The notes: a model not told the origin generated them from the sequence alone. A DNA stretch of 64,000 nucleotides from Methanocorpusculum sp. (GCA_045639425.1 JAZUDC010000040.1:1536-65535), one strand, 5' to 3'. Counted from the stretch's first letter, positions 1 through 10,220 are shown. Made by a program: numbers and translations.

Positions 1-1
1 A

Positions 2-451
2 GCATCGGCGCAGGCGGGAGACACCATCGCGCTTCATGACCGTCAGGATTTCTCGACGATGGGCGCCACGGTCGTCGCCGGCAACCACGCCTTCAAGCAG
101 GCAAGGCTTGAGAGAAAGGACATCGATTTCGTTGAGGTCCACGACTGCTTCACGATTGCGGAACTCTGCGCCATCGAAGACCTCGGCTTCGTCAAGAAGG
201 GTACAGCAGGTCAATTCACCGTGAACGGTGAGACCATGATTGGCGGCAAGCTGCCGGTTAACACCTCGGGCGGTCTGAAAGCCTGCGGTCACCCGGCAGG
301 AGCCACCGGCATCAAGCAGATCTGGGAAGTCGTCCAGCAGCTGAGAGACGAAGCGGGTGCACGCCAGGTTGACGGTGCCGAGATTGGCATGACGCAGAAT
401 GTCGGCGGCACCGGAGCAACCGTAGTGACCCATATTTTCGGGAGGGCATGA
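2..451 (+). CDS. Thiolase (acetyl-CoA acetyltransferase), C-terminal part; 5' end lies before the window
   Basis: Frame open from base 2 (ASAQAGDTIALHDR...). Motifs EVHDCFTIAE, NTSGGLKACGHPAGATG and QNVGG of archaeal thiolases; followed by a DUF35 gene. Confidence 0.9.
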   Translation, partial: ASAQAGDTIALHDRQDFSTMGATVVAGNHAFKQARLERKDIDFVEVHDCFTIAELCAIEDLGFVKKGTAGQFTVNGETMIGGKLPVNTSGGLKACGHPAGATGIKQIWEVVQQLRDEAGARQVDGAEIGMTQNVGGTGATVVTHIFGRA

Positions 452-454
452 AAA

Positions 455-847
455 ATGACAGTAGCACGTTTCTGGAGAAAGATTCCGCAGAGATATAATC
501 TCATCGGATCGAGGTGTGAAGTCTGCGGCCGGACGTTCTTCCCCGGAAGACCGATATGCCCGCACTGCAGACGCGACGGAAAGATGAACAATATCCAGTT
601 CTCGGGTAAGGGAAAGGTCCTGACCTATTCGGTCATCCATTCCTCGAGCGACCAGTACGCTGATATGAAGCCGTACGTTCTTGCTATCATTGAGCTGGAG
701 GAAGGAGCACGCCTGACGACCCATGTGGTCTGCGACTACGAGGAGATCTTCATCGGCATGCCGGTCAGGTCAGTCTTCCGCATCATCGACGAGGAAGGCA
801 ACGGCGGCGTCATCCACTACGGCACCAAGTTCGTACCAGATCTCTAA
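455..847 (+). CDS. DUF35 Zn-ribbon/OB-fold protein (thiolase partner)
   Basis: CEVCG...CPHC zinc ribbon plus OB-fold (GKVLTYSVIH, PYVLAIIELEEG); adjacent to thiolase. Confidence 0.9.
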   Translation: MTVARFWRKIPQRYNLIGSRCEVCGRTFFPGRPICPHCRRDGKMNNIQFSGKGKVLTYSVIHSSSDQYADMKPYVLAIIELEEGARLTTHVVCDYEEIFIGMPVRSVFRIIDEEGNGGVIHYGTKFVPDL

Positions 848-929
848 AACCTCCTTTTTTCGCCGTACCTGACCGGAAATGATAGCAGGTATGGTGTTTG
901 AAATAATTTCAGGAAAAACACAAAAGAAG

Positions 930-1003
930 TGGACCCGCTGGAATTCGAATCCAGGATCTCCGCCATGTCAAGGCGACGTCATAGCCATCTAGACCACGAG
1001 TCC
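930..1003 (-). tRNA. tRNA-Val(GAC)
   Basis: Reverse complement GGACTCGTGGTCTAGATGG...TCGCC-TTGACAT-GGCGG...GGATTCGAATTCC-AGCGGGTCCA folds as a cloverleaf with anticodon GAC. Confidence 0.95.
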
Positions 1004-1185
1004 ATCCCACCAATCATGCTTACCGCATCACTGTATTTAAAAAGATTAGTTTGATAAGTATATAAATGATTCGTAGTCGTCTCCGGCTCGTAGTATTCCG
1101 AGATTAGTCCAGTTTTCACTTGATTCTGAATCTCATCCCCACAAAGGGTTTGGGGTTCAAAACCATCTATTCACGTAATTTAGGA

Positions 1186-1600
1186 TTATCTTTTGCTTGA
1201 ATGAATATCAGGAGATCGCGACGGGTATTTTTCAACCAGACTTTTGTGCGGTTTGATATAACTTTGCCGATGGATTACAGATGTAATCGTCTTCATTTTC
1301 CAGAGACACTGATCCACTTCCCGGAAAAACCGTTCGACTTTTCTCTTCGTTTGCGGATGGCTGACGCGTGACCTGATATGCCTAGTTTTCTGTAGTATTC
1401 CTTCCAATTGGAACGCCAAAGTGTCATAGAGTAGGGTCTTTCAGTCACATTCAGATGCATTATCGGTAACCAGAAGATAGATATGAATTTTATTGTGAGG
1501 TGTGTGGCTCCCTCGTGTTTTCTCGATCGAGGTGTCAAGGCAGACTGTCCCGAGATCACACTCATCAAACCATTCCTTGTTTACAACCCCCTCCTTGAGT
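1186..1600 (-). mobile_element. Degenerate IS481/IS3-like transposase (integrase core) remnant
   Basis: Fragments in different frames: VTDNASE (TDNGxEF-like), HPQTKRKVERFFREV (HPQTNGKVERF-like) and KPHKSL (RPHxSL-like). Boundaries approximate. Confidence 0.7.
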
Positions 1601-1757
1601 CAGTGTCTTTTGATATCTCCGAACAAATTTCAAGTATTTCTGGAAATCACACACTTCATTTACCATAAATTCAGTTGATTATGCATGTACCTACTGAAAA
1701 GAGAATACTAATCAACTAGTTTTTAACCCATTAAAGACAATAACTAAGAGTTTATAT

Positions 1758-3893
1758 ATGTCAGGTGACCTGAGCACAGATGCCAAGGCTATTCAGCAGA
1801 CGTTAGAGAAAGAAAGGAGTTTTATCTCAGATATGGAAAATCCAAATACGCCGGATGCAGAACCGCAACCAATTCCTGAAAAGGAGATTAAAACAGAGGA
1901 ACAGGTACAACCCGAGGAGCAAGTACCTGCTGAAGAGGCTTCTGTAGTCCGTGAAATCACCGCTCAGGATCCAAAATCCGCTCCGGAAGAGACTGCACCA
2001 CCAGTAAATAATCACTATGCATCGGATGACTACGATGAATCGGTGTTTGGCGGGGTGCGTTTCAACACCACAGCGGATATTCCAATTCCGAAATCCCTGA
2101 TAGATCAGATCATCGGACAGGAACACGCCGTCGATGTCATCAAAAAAGCCGCAATCCAACGCCGCCATGTCATGATGATAGGCAGTCCTGGTACCGGAAA
2201 ATCCATGCTCGCTAAGGCGATGTCAGAGCTTCTGCCAAAGGAGGAGTTGCAGGATATCCTAGTCTATCCAAATCCGGAAGACAACAATAATCCTATCATC
2301 CGCGTCGTTAATGCTGGTAGAGGAAAGGAGATAGTCGCCCACCACAAGGCCGATGCAAAACGTCAAGCCTCGTCCAAGAACACGCTGATGATTGTCCTTA
2401 TCATCGGTATTATCGGTATTTTTGCTATCATGGGTCAGTTGCTGATGGGGTTGTTTGCAGCCATCTTTATCTTCTTCATATTCCGGACCATGATGCCGAA
2501 GGAAACCGCCATGGTGCCGAAACTGATTGTATCCAACAAGCCAGACGGATGTGCACCGTTTGTCGATGCAACCGGATCACATGCCGGAGCACTGCTCGGT
2601 GATGTCCGCCACGACCCATTTCAGTCCGGCGGTCTGGAAACCCCAGCACACGACCGTGTCGAGGCAGGAGCAATCCACCGTGCTCACAATGGTGTCCTCT
2701 TCATTGATGAAATGAACACGCTGGAACTCTCATCGCAACAGAGTCTGCTAACTGCTCTGCAGGAAGGAGAGTTTGCCATCACCGGTCAGTCCGAACGTTC
2801 TTCCGGTGCAATGGTAAGAACCGAACCGGTTCCCTGTAAGTTCATCATGATTGCAGCAGGGAACCAAGATGCAGTACAGTATATGCACCCAGCTCTTAGA
2901 AGCCGTATCCGCGGATACGGTTATGAGGTGTATATGTCAGAACGCATGGACGACACCATGGAGAACCGTGCAAAACTCGTCCGGTTCATCGCTCAGGAAG
3001 TCAAGAACGACGGCAAGATTCCGCCGTTCAATCCACAGGCGGTGGCAGAAATTCTCCGTGAAGCAAAGCGTAGGTCCGGCCACAAAGGCCATCTGACCGT
3101 CAAGTTACGTGATCTCGGTGGTCTGGTACGTGTAGCCGGCGACCTAGCCATCAAAGACGGCGCCACTATCACCACAGTCGACCACGTCCTTTCAGCCAAG
3201 AAGATTGCCCGTTCCGTTGAGGACCAGGTATCAGATGAATACATCAAGCAGACACGCGACTATGACCTGACCATAGTTGAAGGGGTCTCGGTTGGCAGAG
3301 TTAACGGTCTTGCCGTCGTCGGAAATGATGCAGGTTCTGTCCTGCCAGTAACCGCTGAAGTCACTCCCGCACTTGCCAAAAGCAGCGGTGCGGTCATCGC
3401 AACAGGTCAGCTCAAGACAATCGCCCGTGAATCAATCAAGAACGTCAGCGCTCTTATCAAGAAGTTCTCGGGAACCGATGCCCATCAGATGGATATCCAT
3501 ATCCAGTTCATCGGTACCTACAACGGTCTTGAGGGAGACTCAGCATCGGTGACCGTGGCTACCGCGGTAATCAGTGCACTTGAAAACATACCTGTACGGC
3601 AGAACCTGGCTATGACCGGATCACTGTCCGTCAGAGGAGATGTTCTGCCTATCGGCGGTGTTACTTACAAGATTGAAGCTGCAGCAAAGGCCGGCATCAA
3701 GACGATTATCATCCCGAAATCGAATCTCGACGATGTGCTCATCGAAGACCAGTACGCGGCGATGGTCACCATCATCCCTGTCACGAGAATCGAGGAAGTA
3801 TTACGGCTTGCACTGGTTCCAGAAGATATGGGAACGTTCGAAGCAAAGCTCAAGCAACTCGGTGAACACATGGCGGTAACTCCAACGGTATAA
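1758..3893 (+). CDS. lonB: Archaeal membrane-anchored ATP-dependent Lon protease (LonB)
   Basis: Walker A GSPGTGKS, internal TM hairpin, catalytic EGDSAS and GGVTYKIEAA. Confidence 0.96.
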   Translation: MSGDLSTDAKAIQQTLEKERSFISDMENPNTPDAEPQPIPEKEIKTEEQVQPEEQVPAEEASVVREITAQDPKSAPEETAPPVNNHYASDDYDESVFGGVRFNTTADIPIPKSLIDQIIGQEHAVDVIKKAAIQRRHVMMIGSPGTGKSMLAKAMSELLPKEELQDILVYPNPEDNNNPIIRVVNAGRGKEIVAHHKADAKRQASSKNTLMIVLIIGIIGIFAIMGQLLMGLFAAIFIFFIFRTMMPKETAMVPKLIVSNKPDGCAPFVDATGSHAGALLGDVRHDPFQSGGLETPAHDRVEAGAIHRAHNGVLFIDEMNTLELSSQQSLLTALQEGEFAITGQSERSSGAMVRTEPVPCKFIMIAAGNQDAVQYMHPALRSRIRGYGYEVYMSERMDDTMENRAKLVRFIAQEVKNDGKIPPFNPQAVAEILREAKRRSGHKGHLTVKLRDLGGLVRVAGDLAIKDGATITTVDHVLSAKKIARSVEDQVSDEYIKQTRDYDLTIVEGVSVGRVNGLAVVGNDAGSVLPVTAEVTPALAKSSGAVIATGQLKTIARESIKNVSALIKKFSGTDAHQMDIHIQFIGTYNGLEGDSASVTVATAVISALENIPVRQNLAMTGSLSVRGDVLPIGGVTYKIEAAAKAGIKTIIIPKSNLDDVLIEDQYAAMVTIIPVTRIEEVLRLALVPEDMGTFEAKLKQLGEHMAVTPTV

Positions 3894-3990
3894 CCTCTCT
3901 AAAAACTCCTTTTTTCAGAAGATTTCTGAGATCGGTACGAAAATTCTTTAACATTATAAAACACACTTACATAAAGTAAGTGAATGACGT

Positions 3991-4614
3991 ATGTTTGAGC
4001 AGGAAAGAATCTCGCAAATACTTGATATTTTAGGCAACAAGAACCGCCGGCGGATTATCGACCTGCTCCAAAACAAACCCTGTTTTGTCACCGAGATTTC
4101 CGACAAACTGTCTATTAATCCGAAGGCTGTGATTGAACATCTAGCGCTCCTGCAAAAAGAAGAGGTCATCGGTTCATACAACGACGAAAAACGCCGCAAG
4201 TATTACTATCTGCTGCAGGAAATCAACCTCTCGGTTAAGATGGACCCGAAGGAGAAACTGATGAATGCGGCTGAGACACAGGTTCTACCGCTTGCTGAGA
4301 CCATCACTCACCTCAAGGAACTGATGACAAAACGGTGGGAACTGGTCGACAAGCTCGAAGGTGTCGAAAAAGACATCGACCGAAAAATGGAAGAACTGGT
4401 CGCCAGCAGCTACAATGTATTCCTGGACGAGTCCGAACCCGAAATTTTGCTGGCACTCATTCATTCTCCAATGACACCAATCGAGATAGCAGATGCCTGC
4501 GGACGACCTATTCCAGAGATTACTGCAGCACTCCACACACTTTCCGCAAAGGGATATCTAGAAAACAAGGACGGCAGATACGCACTCAAAGATTCGTTGC
4601 TGCCGACACAATAA
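3991..4614 (+). CDS. ArsR-family HTH transcriptional regulator
   Basis: ILGNKNRRRIIDLL..PCFVTEIS..KAVIEHL wHTH, coiled coil, second HTH at the C-terminus. Confidence 0.85.
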   Translation: MFEQERISQILDILGNKNRRRIIDLLQNKPCFVTEISDKLSINPKAVIEHLALLQKEEVIGSYNDEKRRKYYYLLQEINLSVKMDPKEKLMNAAETQVLPLAETITHLKELMTKRWELVDKLEGVEKDIDRKMEELVASSYNVFLDESEPEILLALIHSPMTPIEIADACGRPIPEITAALHTLSAKGYLENKDGRYALKDSLLPTQ

Positions 4615-4647
4615 TTACACGCATGGAAATATTACACGCATGGAAAT
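4614..4647 (+). repeat. 17-bp tandem duplication ATTACACGCATGGAAAT x2
   Basis: Two exact adjacent copies (4614-4630, 4631-4647) spanning the DUF371 start. Confidence 0.95.
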
Positions 4648-5065
4648 CACTGAAACCATCCGTTGCCATGGCCATCCGAATGTCCGGGCTCTTCATAAAA
4701 TCACGTTCGAAATCACTCGAGAACCGGAACTTTCCCTGACTGGAGACTGCATCATCGGTGTCGGCGCTGACAAGGGATGCGCTGACCTGTCGCCGGAATT
4801 CAGAGAAGCAATGAACCGGCCAGGTGCGGAACTCGTCACTATTCTCGATGCCGGTGGAATCAGTACCACGATAACAGCAAGGGGTGCTGATGGATTTTTA
4901 TTAAACCATCCTAGTGATTTGGTCTGGCGGAAAAGCTCGTTCGTTTGCAGTAGAACTATCGGTGTCAACGCTGACATGGCTGCACGCGATCTGCCGCGAG
5001 ACCTCATTGATGTGCTGAAAACTGGCGCTGAACTGACGGTTACCATGACGGTACGCTGTCCATAG
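4640..5065 (+). CDS. DUF371 family protein
   Basis: GHPNVRALH..TFEIT, GDCIIGV and RKSSFV..RT motifs. Confidence 0.85.
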   Translation: MEITETIRCHGHPNVRALHKITFEITREPELSLTGDCIIGVGADKGCADLSPEFREAMNRPGAELVTILDAGGISTTITARGADGFLLNHPSDLVWRKSSFVCSRTIGVNADMAARDLPRDLIDVLKTGAELTVTMTVRCP

Positions 5066-5128
5066 ATCTCATTAGCAACTAATTGGCAACTGCAGAATAA
5101 ATAATAGAGAAGATACCTCAGGAGAGAC

Positions 5129-5365
5129 TCATTCCTTGGTTTCAGGATTTTCTTGGGATACTTCAGTTATCGTCAGTTCGGCTTTTGCCAAGAACGCTTC
5201 ACAGCGGGCGACAAGATCCATACCGCGAGCATGCAGCTTGACGGCATCCTCAACCGAGGTTGTGGAATCATCCAGTTTCTTCGCGATTTCACGCAGTTCA
5301 GTAATCCTTTCTTCGTAATTCAGTTCAGGTTCTCTTTCACTTTCAGTATCTTCTTTCTTTGTCAT
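5129..5365 (-). CDS. xseB: Exodeoxyribonuclease VII small subunit
   Basis: YEERITELREIAKKLD...AVKLHARGMDLVARCEAFL; 4-bp overlap with xseA. Confidence 0.88.
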   Translation of the reverse strand: MTKKEDTESEREPELNYEERITELREIAKKLDDSTTSVEDAVKLHARGMDLVARCEAFLAKAELTITEVSQENPETKE

Positions 5366-6774
5366 TCTATCTTCTCCACTCTGGCGGCAACATCACCATC
5401 GGTAAGCTGGATGGACAGGAGGTCACCTTCGACAACCTGCTTCCGTGACCGGATAATCGAACCCTTCACAGTTACCATCGCATATCCTCGGTCCAGCGGT
5501 CTTTTGGGATCACAGGAGGAAATATGCGTGCGAATACCCTGCAGTTCCAGTTTTGCGGTCTGCACTTTCCTACTGGCACATTTGAAAACCATGTCACGCA
5601 GATGCGTCAACGCTTCAGTTTCCTGCCCAAGGCGGCGGCAAACCGCCGCATGCACCCGTTCCGTCAAGTCTACCGTCTGCTGATGCATCATATCAAGCCT
5701 GCGCAACAAACGCGAAGGATCAACACGAACCCGGAGTTCCGCCAGCTGTTTGCGATTCTCTGCAATGACGGCACGAGCCCTGTTTTCGATACGAGTCTTG
5801 TACTCAGCAAGTGCGCTTCTCAACACCATGCGATCAAACACCGCCGTCTCGGCCGCTGCCGATGGTGTCGGCGCACGCAGATCACCAGCGAAATCGACCA
5901 GCGTGAAATCCGTCTCATGACCAATGGCAGTTATAATAGGCGTCCTAGAATACCTGACGGCACGAACGACATCTGGGTGATTGAATACGAACAGGTCCTC
6001 GAAACTACCACCACCACGAGCAAGAATGATTAAATCAACCTTGCCCTGTAGTACGGCTATGGCAGCGACGATTGAGGCTTCCGCACCATCTCCCTGTACC
6101 TGTGCCGGAGCAAGGAGAACAGGCAACGGATACCTGCGGATCAAGACATTCCTGATATCCTGCAGGACGGACCCAGTCTTCGAAGTAACAACACCGATGA
6201 TTTTCGGAAACAACGGAATATCACGTTTCTCGGAAGATGGACGCGGAATAATGCCTTCCGCCTCGAGCTGGCGTTTCCATTCCTCCTTCTTGAGGAAAAG
6301 ACCCGCCTTCCCACCGAGAGCTAGTTCAATCTTCTTCGCCACGAACTGAAGCTTGCCGTTCGGTGAGTAGTAGTCGACGTTACCGTAGACTGTTACGGAA
6401 ATACCGTCACGGAATGGGAACGTGATGTATTTAGCCGCGGCATATCTCCACATGACACAGGGGAGAGTAGCTAAATCCTTGCCGTCATTTTCAGTCAACG
6501 AGAAGTAGAAATGCCCCGATGAGTTCGGACGAAAACCAGTGACCTCCCCGGTTACAGCGATATCGGTCAGACTCTCCGTTGAGAGCGCGGCCTGAATGCG
6601 GATATTGACTTCAGATACTGTCATCACTTCGGGCTCACCTACCGCTACCGGTTCTGCTTTCCCTGGAGTCTCCACCGGCGATATAAGAGTGACTGGACTT
6701 CCTGATGAACACTCTTCAAACGAGAGCGTGGCCTGCTGTTGCTCCTTTGACTTACCAGTGGATCTGCGGACCAT
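5362..6774 (-). CDS. xseA: Exodeoxyribonuclease VII large subunit
   Basis: SGHFYFSL, RGGGSFEDL, IGHETDFTLVD and RAPTPSAAAE motifs. Confidence 0.95.
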   Translation of the reverse strand: MVRRSTGKSKEQQQATLSFEECSSGSPVTLISPVETPGKAEPVAVGEPEVMTVSEVNIRIQAALSTESLTDIAVTGEVTGFRPNSSGHFYFSLTENDGKDLATLPCVMWRYAAAKYITFPFRDGISVTVYGNVDYYSPNGKLQFVAKKIELALGGKAGLFLKKEEWKRQLEAEGIIPRPSSEKRDIPLFPKIIGVVTSKTGSVLQDIRNVLIRRYPLPVLLAPAQVQGDGAEASIVAAIAVLQGKVDLIILARGGGSFEDLFVFNHPDVVRAVRYSRTPIITAIGHETDFTLVDFAGDLRAPTPSAAAETAVFDRMVLRSALAEYKTRIENRARAVIAENRKQLAELRVRVDPSRLLRRLDMMHQQTVDLTERVHAAVCRRLGQETEALTHLRDMVFKCASRKVQTAKLELQGIRTHISSCDPKRPLDRGYAMVTVKGSIIRSRKQVVEGDLLSIQLTDGDVAARVEKIE

Positions 6775-7085
6775 ATTATTGTATTGGTCGTAAAAGATGA
6801 TGAAGATAGATGTTCACTATCAGCGGTAAGAAAACCAATCCATCCCCACGACAAGAAATGAACATCTCTTGCCTTAAAAAAAGATATCCGAGGTCAGGGT
6901 CACGGGATATTGTGTGTGAGATATATGAAGCCCAGATCGGAGAATGACTTCTGAAAAAGTGAGCAACACCTCAGAGATAAACCATGGACTCAGGATGTAT
7001 CGGTCTGGTGTGAGGTTCCCAGTAACTGACCTGCCAATGAAAAAATTGAGAATATCTCATCTCAATATCTTCTTCCTGGCGAGAA

Positions 7086-8235
7086 TCAGAAATGGAAATT
7101 TTTCTGAACGATTTTCAGTACGCAATAGTCCCCGCACATAGTACATGCATCTGTATCAGCCGGTATATGCAAGTTGCGGATGCACCGAACGTGTTCCGGA
7201 TTCATAGCAACGGCATACTGGCGTTCCCAGTCAATGTCGCGTCTTGCATGCCCCATTAAGATCGAATTCGCGGATCTTCGGCAGCTCGACCATGCCATCA
7301 ACGTGGATACGGGAATTCATGACACCTTCATAGACCTCTTCCGGTGTCGGCAGAGCCAGATGCTCGCAGGCGTCACATGCGTCGATGGCAGCTACACGGT
7401 CATCGTACCCCGGAGCGATATCCGTCATGAGAAGGCAAATTCATATAGAACAGTTTGTTGTTGGTGACACGTTTTTCAAGCAGAACGTTCTCCTCGATTC
7501 CATCCAGGGGAATGTGACCTGGACCTTCCATGATACATTGAACCCCAAAGTCATGAGCCTTGTCGGCGAGTTCTACATTGATAAGTAGTTCCTGAATGGC
7601 CCGCACGGTCAGTCAAATCTCTGATACAGCGGGTTCTCCTGTTCATTGTGCAGCATCCTTGCACTCATGAATACCCCGCCACGGGAAACCAGCCCGCCGT
7701 GTCTGCCCTGGTTCCGCAAACGGGTGATCGTCGTATAGTTGATCACTGTATGGATAGCCATGAAATTATTACCGAGTTTCGCCTACTTTCCAGTTACATT
7801 GAAGAGATCATCCTCGTCCATGAAAACGACACCTCTCTTCTTGCGTGTGGCCTCGATGAATGCCTGATACAGCGGAACCAAACCGACTGAGAGTCTCGAC
7901 TGGTCACAGACCTTCTTCCTGATATCCGGGAAAGCGCCACTGGTTGAAAGTTCCATCAGAGAATCAGCACCGGAGAGTTCAGCATGCCGGGCCTTCTCAT
8001 GTTCCTGCTCAACGTTGACGATATCCGACGATGTACCAATTAAGGCATTGACCTTAGTACGGAGCCAGGCGCCGATACCACAAATCTTAACCTTGGGATA
8101 GGAGCTCATATTGATGAAAATATGCCCTTCCGCGATACCACGACGGATGAAATCTTCCGTTACTCCTTCCTCTTTGGTGACCACCCTCATCTCTTTGGTA
8201 ATGAGGCAGCATTTGGCACCCTCGACAATACTCAT
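7086..8235 (-). pseudogene. thiC: Phosphomethylpyrimidine synthase ThiC (or BzaA/B paralog) pseudogene
   Basis: TKVNALIGTS, GADSLMELST, VSRGG, EGPGHIPL, DIAPGYD, EHLALP and terminal CTMCGDYC lie in several frames, with an in-frame TAG at 7783-7785 and further frameshifts. Confidence 0.9.
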
Positions 8236-8511
8236 ACAAAAAGGTTACAAAAACAGGGATCTATAATAAAATTAATTTAATTTGTTTAAAAATAATTTTA
8301 TTTATTTACAATATAAAAATATGAATTCAATCCCCATTTTCAAAAAAATTGTGAATTGAAAACAAAAAAAATATTTTACTATGATCAAATAAATTTCCAG
8401 TCAACAAAAGTTTCGCAAGCAGAAAACGGAGGGAACGCTGGATTTCCGGGGGATGTACGGTTTATTGTAATAAAGATCAGAAGAAAAAATGATAGAAAAA
8501 CGGAAGACAGA

Positions 8512-9444
8512 CTACTTCCGTTCGTCACGTTCATGCGAAATATGGTCAATAGCCATCATCTCTTCACGGTGATAGGCCGCCATCATGTTACTGATGAAAC
8601 CGAGCATAACTGCAAGAATACCGGTGATAATCAGCATGATCGTCGCTGTCGTCAGCGGTAGATGCCCGACCCCATTGATCCATTCAACAATGATATAGAC
8701 GCCGATGACAAGACCGACCAGAATCAGCAACAGACCAAGCAGGATGAAGTAGAAGAGAGGGTTGTTCATTCGTCCGTACTTGTTGATGGCAAGAATAATC
8801 TTGAATCCATCAGAGAACGGCCGCAGTTTCGCGGGTGTCCCTGTCCGTTTCCGATAATAGGTCGGTACGACCTCGAACCGCAGGTTACGCCGAACGACTT
8901 CCGATGATATTTCGGTCTCGATGCCGAACCCTTTCTCAGTAAGACTCATCTTTTCCAATGACGCCTTTGTGAATCCGCGATAGCCAGATAAGATATCCGT
9001 CATGAATACGCCATGTGCCAATCTGAACATCCGATTCATGATCCTATTGCCGAAATGGTTCAGTCTGGTCAGTGCTCCTTTCTCATAGGAGTCAAGACGA
9101 TTTCCAATGATATGGTCAGCACGGCCGGTTATCATAGGTTCGACCATCGCATCCGCAAATTCCGGTGGATTCGTGCCATCGGCATCCAACATCAGGATGT
9201 ACGGCTCCTGAATACGGTTGAACGCTTCCCTGAGCGCAGAACCCTTACCCTTCTCCTGTTGCACATAGACCTCGGTACCAAGGGATCGAGCAATGTCTAC
9301 CGTTCCATCGGTGGAGTGACCATCTACGACAAGGATACGATGATATCCCTGCGCCTGAACACCCTCGATGACACCCCCAATAGTATTCTTCTCGTTCAGT
9401 GCAGGTATTAGAACACAAACAAGGCTGCGGTCTATTTCAGTCAT
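8512..9444 (-). CDS. aglJ: GT2 glycosyltransferase, AglJ-like (S-layer N-glycosylation)
   Basis: LIPALNE, VVDGHSTDGT, DADGT, TDILSGYR; two C-terminal TM helices. Confidence 0.75.
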   Translation of the reverse strand: MTEIDRSLVCVLIPALNEKNTIGGVIEGVQAQGYHRILVVDGHSTDGTVDIARSLGTEVYVQQEKGKGSALREAFNRIQEPYILMLDADGTNPPEFADAMVEPMITGRADHIIGNRLDSYEKGALTRLNHFGNRIMNRMFRLAHGVFMTDILSGYRGFTKASLEKMSLTEKGFGIETEISSEVVRRNLRFEVVPTYYRKRTGTPAKLRPFSDGFKIILAINKYGRMNNPLFYFILLGLLLILVGLVIGVYIIVEWINGVGHLPLTTATIMLIITGILAVMLGFISNMMAAYHREEMMAIDHISHERDERK

Positions 9445-9529
9445 GGATATCTAATAATGTATAAATTTTTGCACCCATCCCTTATAAAAACATACCAGCT
9501 ACGGTATGGATTAACGATTATTGATTTCG

Positions 9530-9660
9530 AACTTCGAGTGTGCGTTCGTGATGATACCGGAAAGAAGCGGAATCTTCTCCTCTCTCGCCGCTCAAGTACT
9601 GCCTTTGCCTCGGATCCGCTACAATTACCGAGATCTTCAGCTGCGGCACGCCGCACTCCC
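9530..9660 (-). pseudogene. HEAT-repeat protein fragment
   Basis: GVRRAAAEDLGNCSGSEAKAVL resembles the VRxAAAxALG HEAT repeat; fused to the DUF362 remnant. Confidence 0.4.
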
Positions 9661-10083
9661 GGCGACTTCATGACCCTTGAAATGGGAAACGACCACAAGC
9701 GAATTCACAGCGATGATATCGGATGCAATCTTGACAGAATCGAAATGCTTGCCATAATCCTCGATTTAGTGGAAATTCCCACCCTTAAGACCATCGGCAA
9801 TAACACCCAGACATGGCATGGTGGCCAGATGCCAGGTGAATCCGTGCATCGCTGCGGTTTTCAGATGGTCAACAGTATTGTGTCCGCCACCCAAATAGAG
9901 AGTATTTGTGTCAGTGACAAACGCATCGTTACCGCGTTCACCGAAATGCACTCTTACTGCAGTCAGGTCATCTGTGGATACCACAAGGTCCAGATCCGCA
10001 GCCGCACAAAGCAGTTCTATCTTGTGCTCCGTATTCCGGTCTTTTCCTTGAGCTTCCACACGAGAAATATAGACGTCTGCCAT
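9660..10083 (-). pseudogene. DUF362 Fe-S protein pseudogene (5' half only)
   Basis: VHFGERGN, TDTNTLY, VDHL..A..HGF, IADGLKG, an in-frame TAA at 9766, then SHFKGHEVAG before the sequence switches to unrelated DNA. Confidence 0.8.
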
Positions 10084-10149
10084 CCTCTAATGTTTCGTCA
10101 GTGCAGACTATTTAGTATTTCCCCGAATGAGGCGGGTAGGGATACTAAA

Positions 10150-10220
10150 AAACTGAAACTGAAAAGAGTTGTCTCTCGTACGAAGTTGGAGAGGATGTCA
10201 ACTTCCAGGGGAGACAAGTA
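10150..10220 (-). ncRNA. Candidate small structured RNA (two-stem hairpin)
   Basis: TTGTCTC/GAGACAA and GAAGTTG/CAACTTC nested inverted repeats. On the minus strand, TTAATTTAT lies ~25 nt upstream and T-tracts lie downstream. Confidence 0.35.

Noticed and set aside
8235-8420. TPP riboswitch or ThiR operator upstream of thiC
   Set aside because: The region is simply very AT-rich. No TPP aptamer core was seen, and the palindromes are not distinguishable from chance.
10173-10181. CTCTCGTAC complementary to the 23S sarcin-ricin loop
   Set aside because: A 9-nt match is expected by chance in a window this size, and no C/D boxes flank it appropriately.
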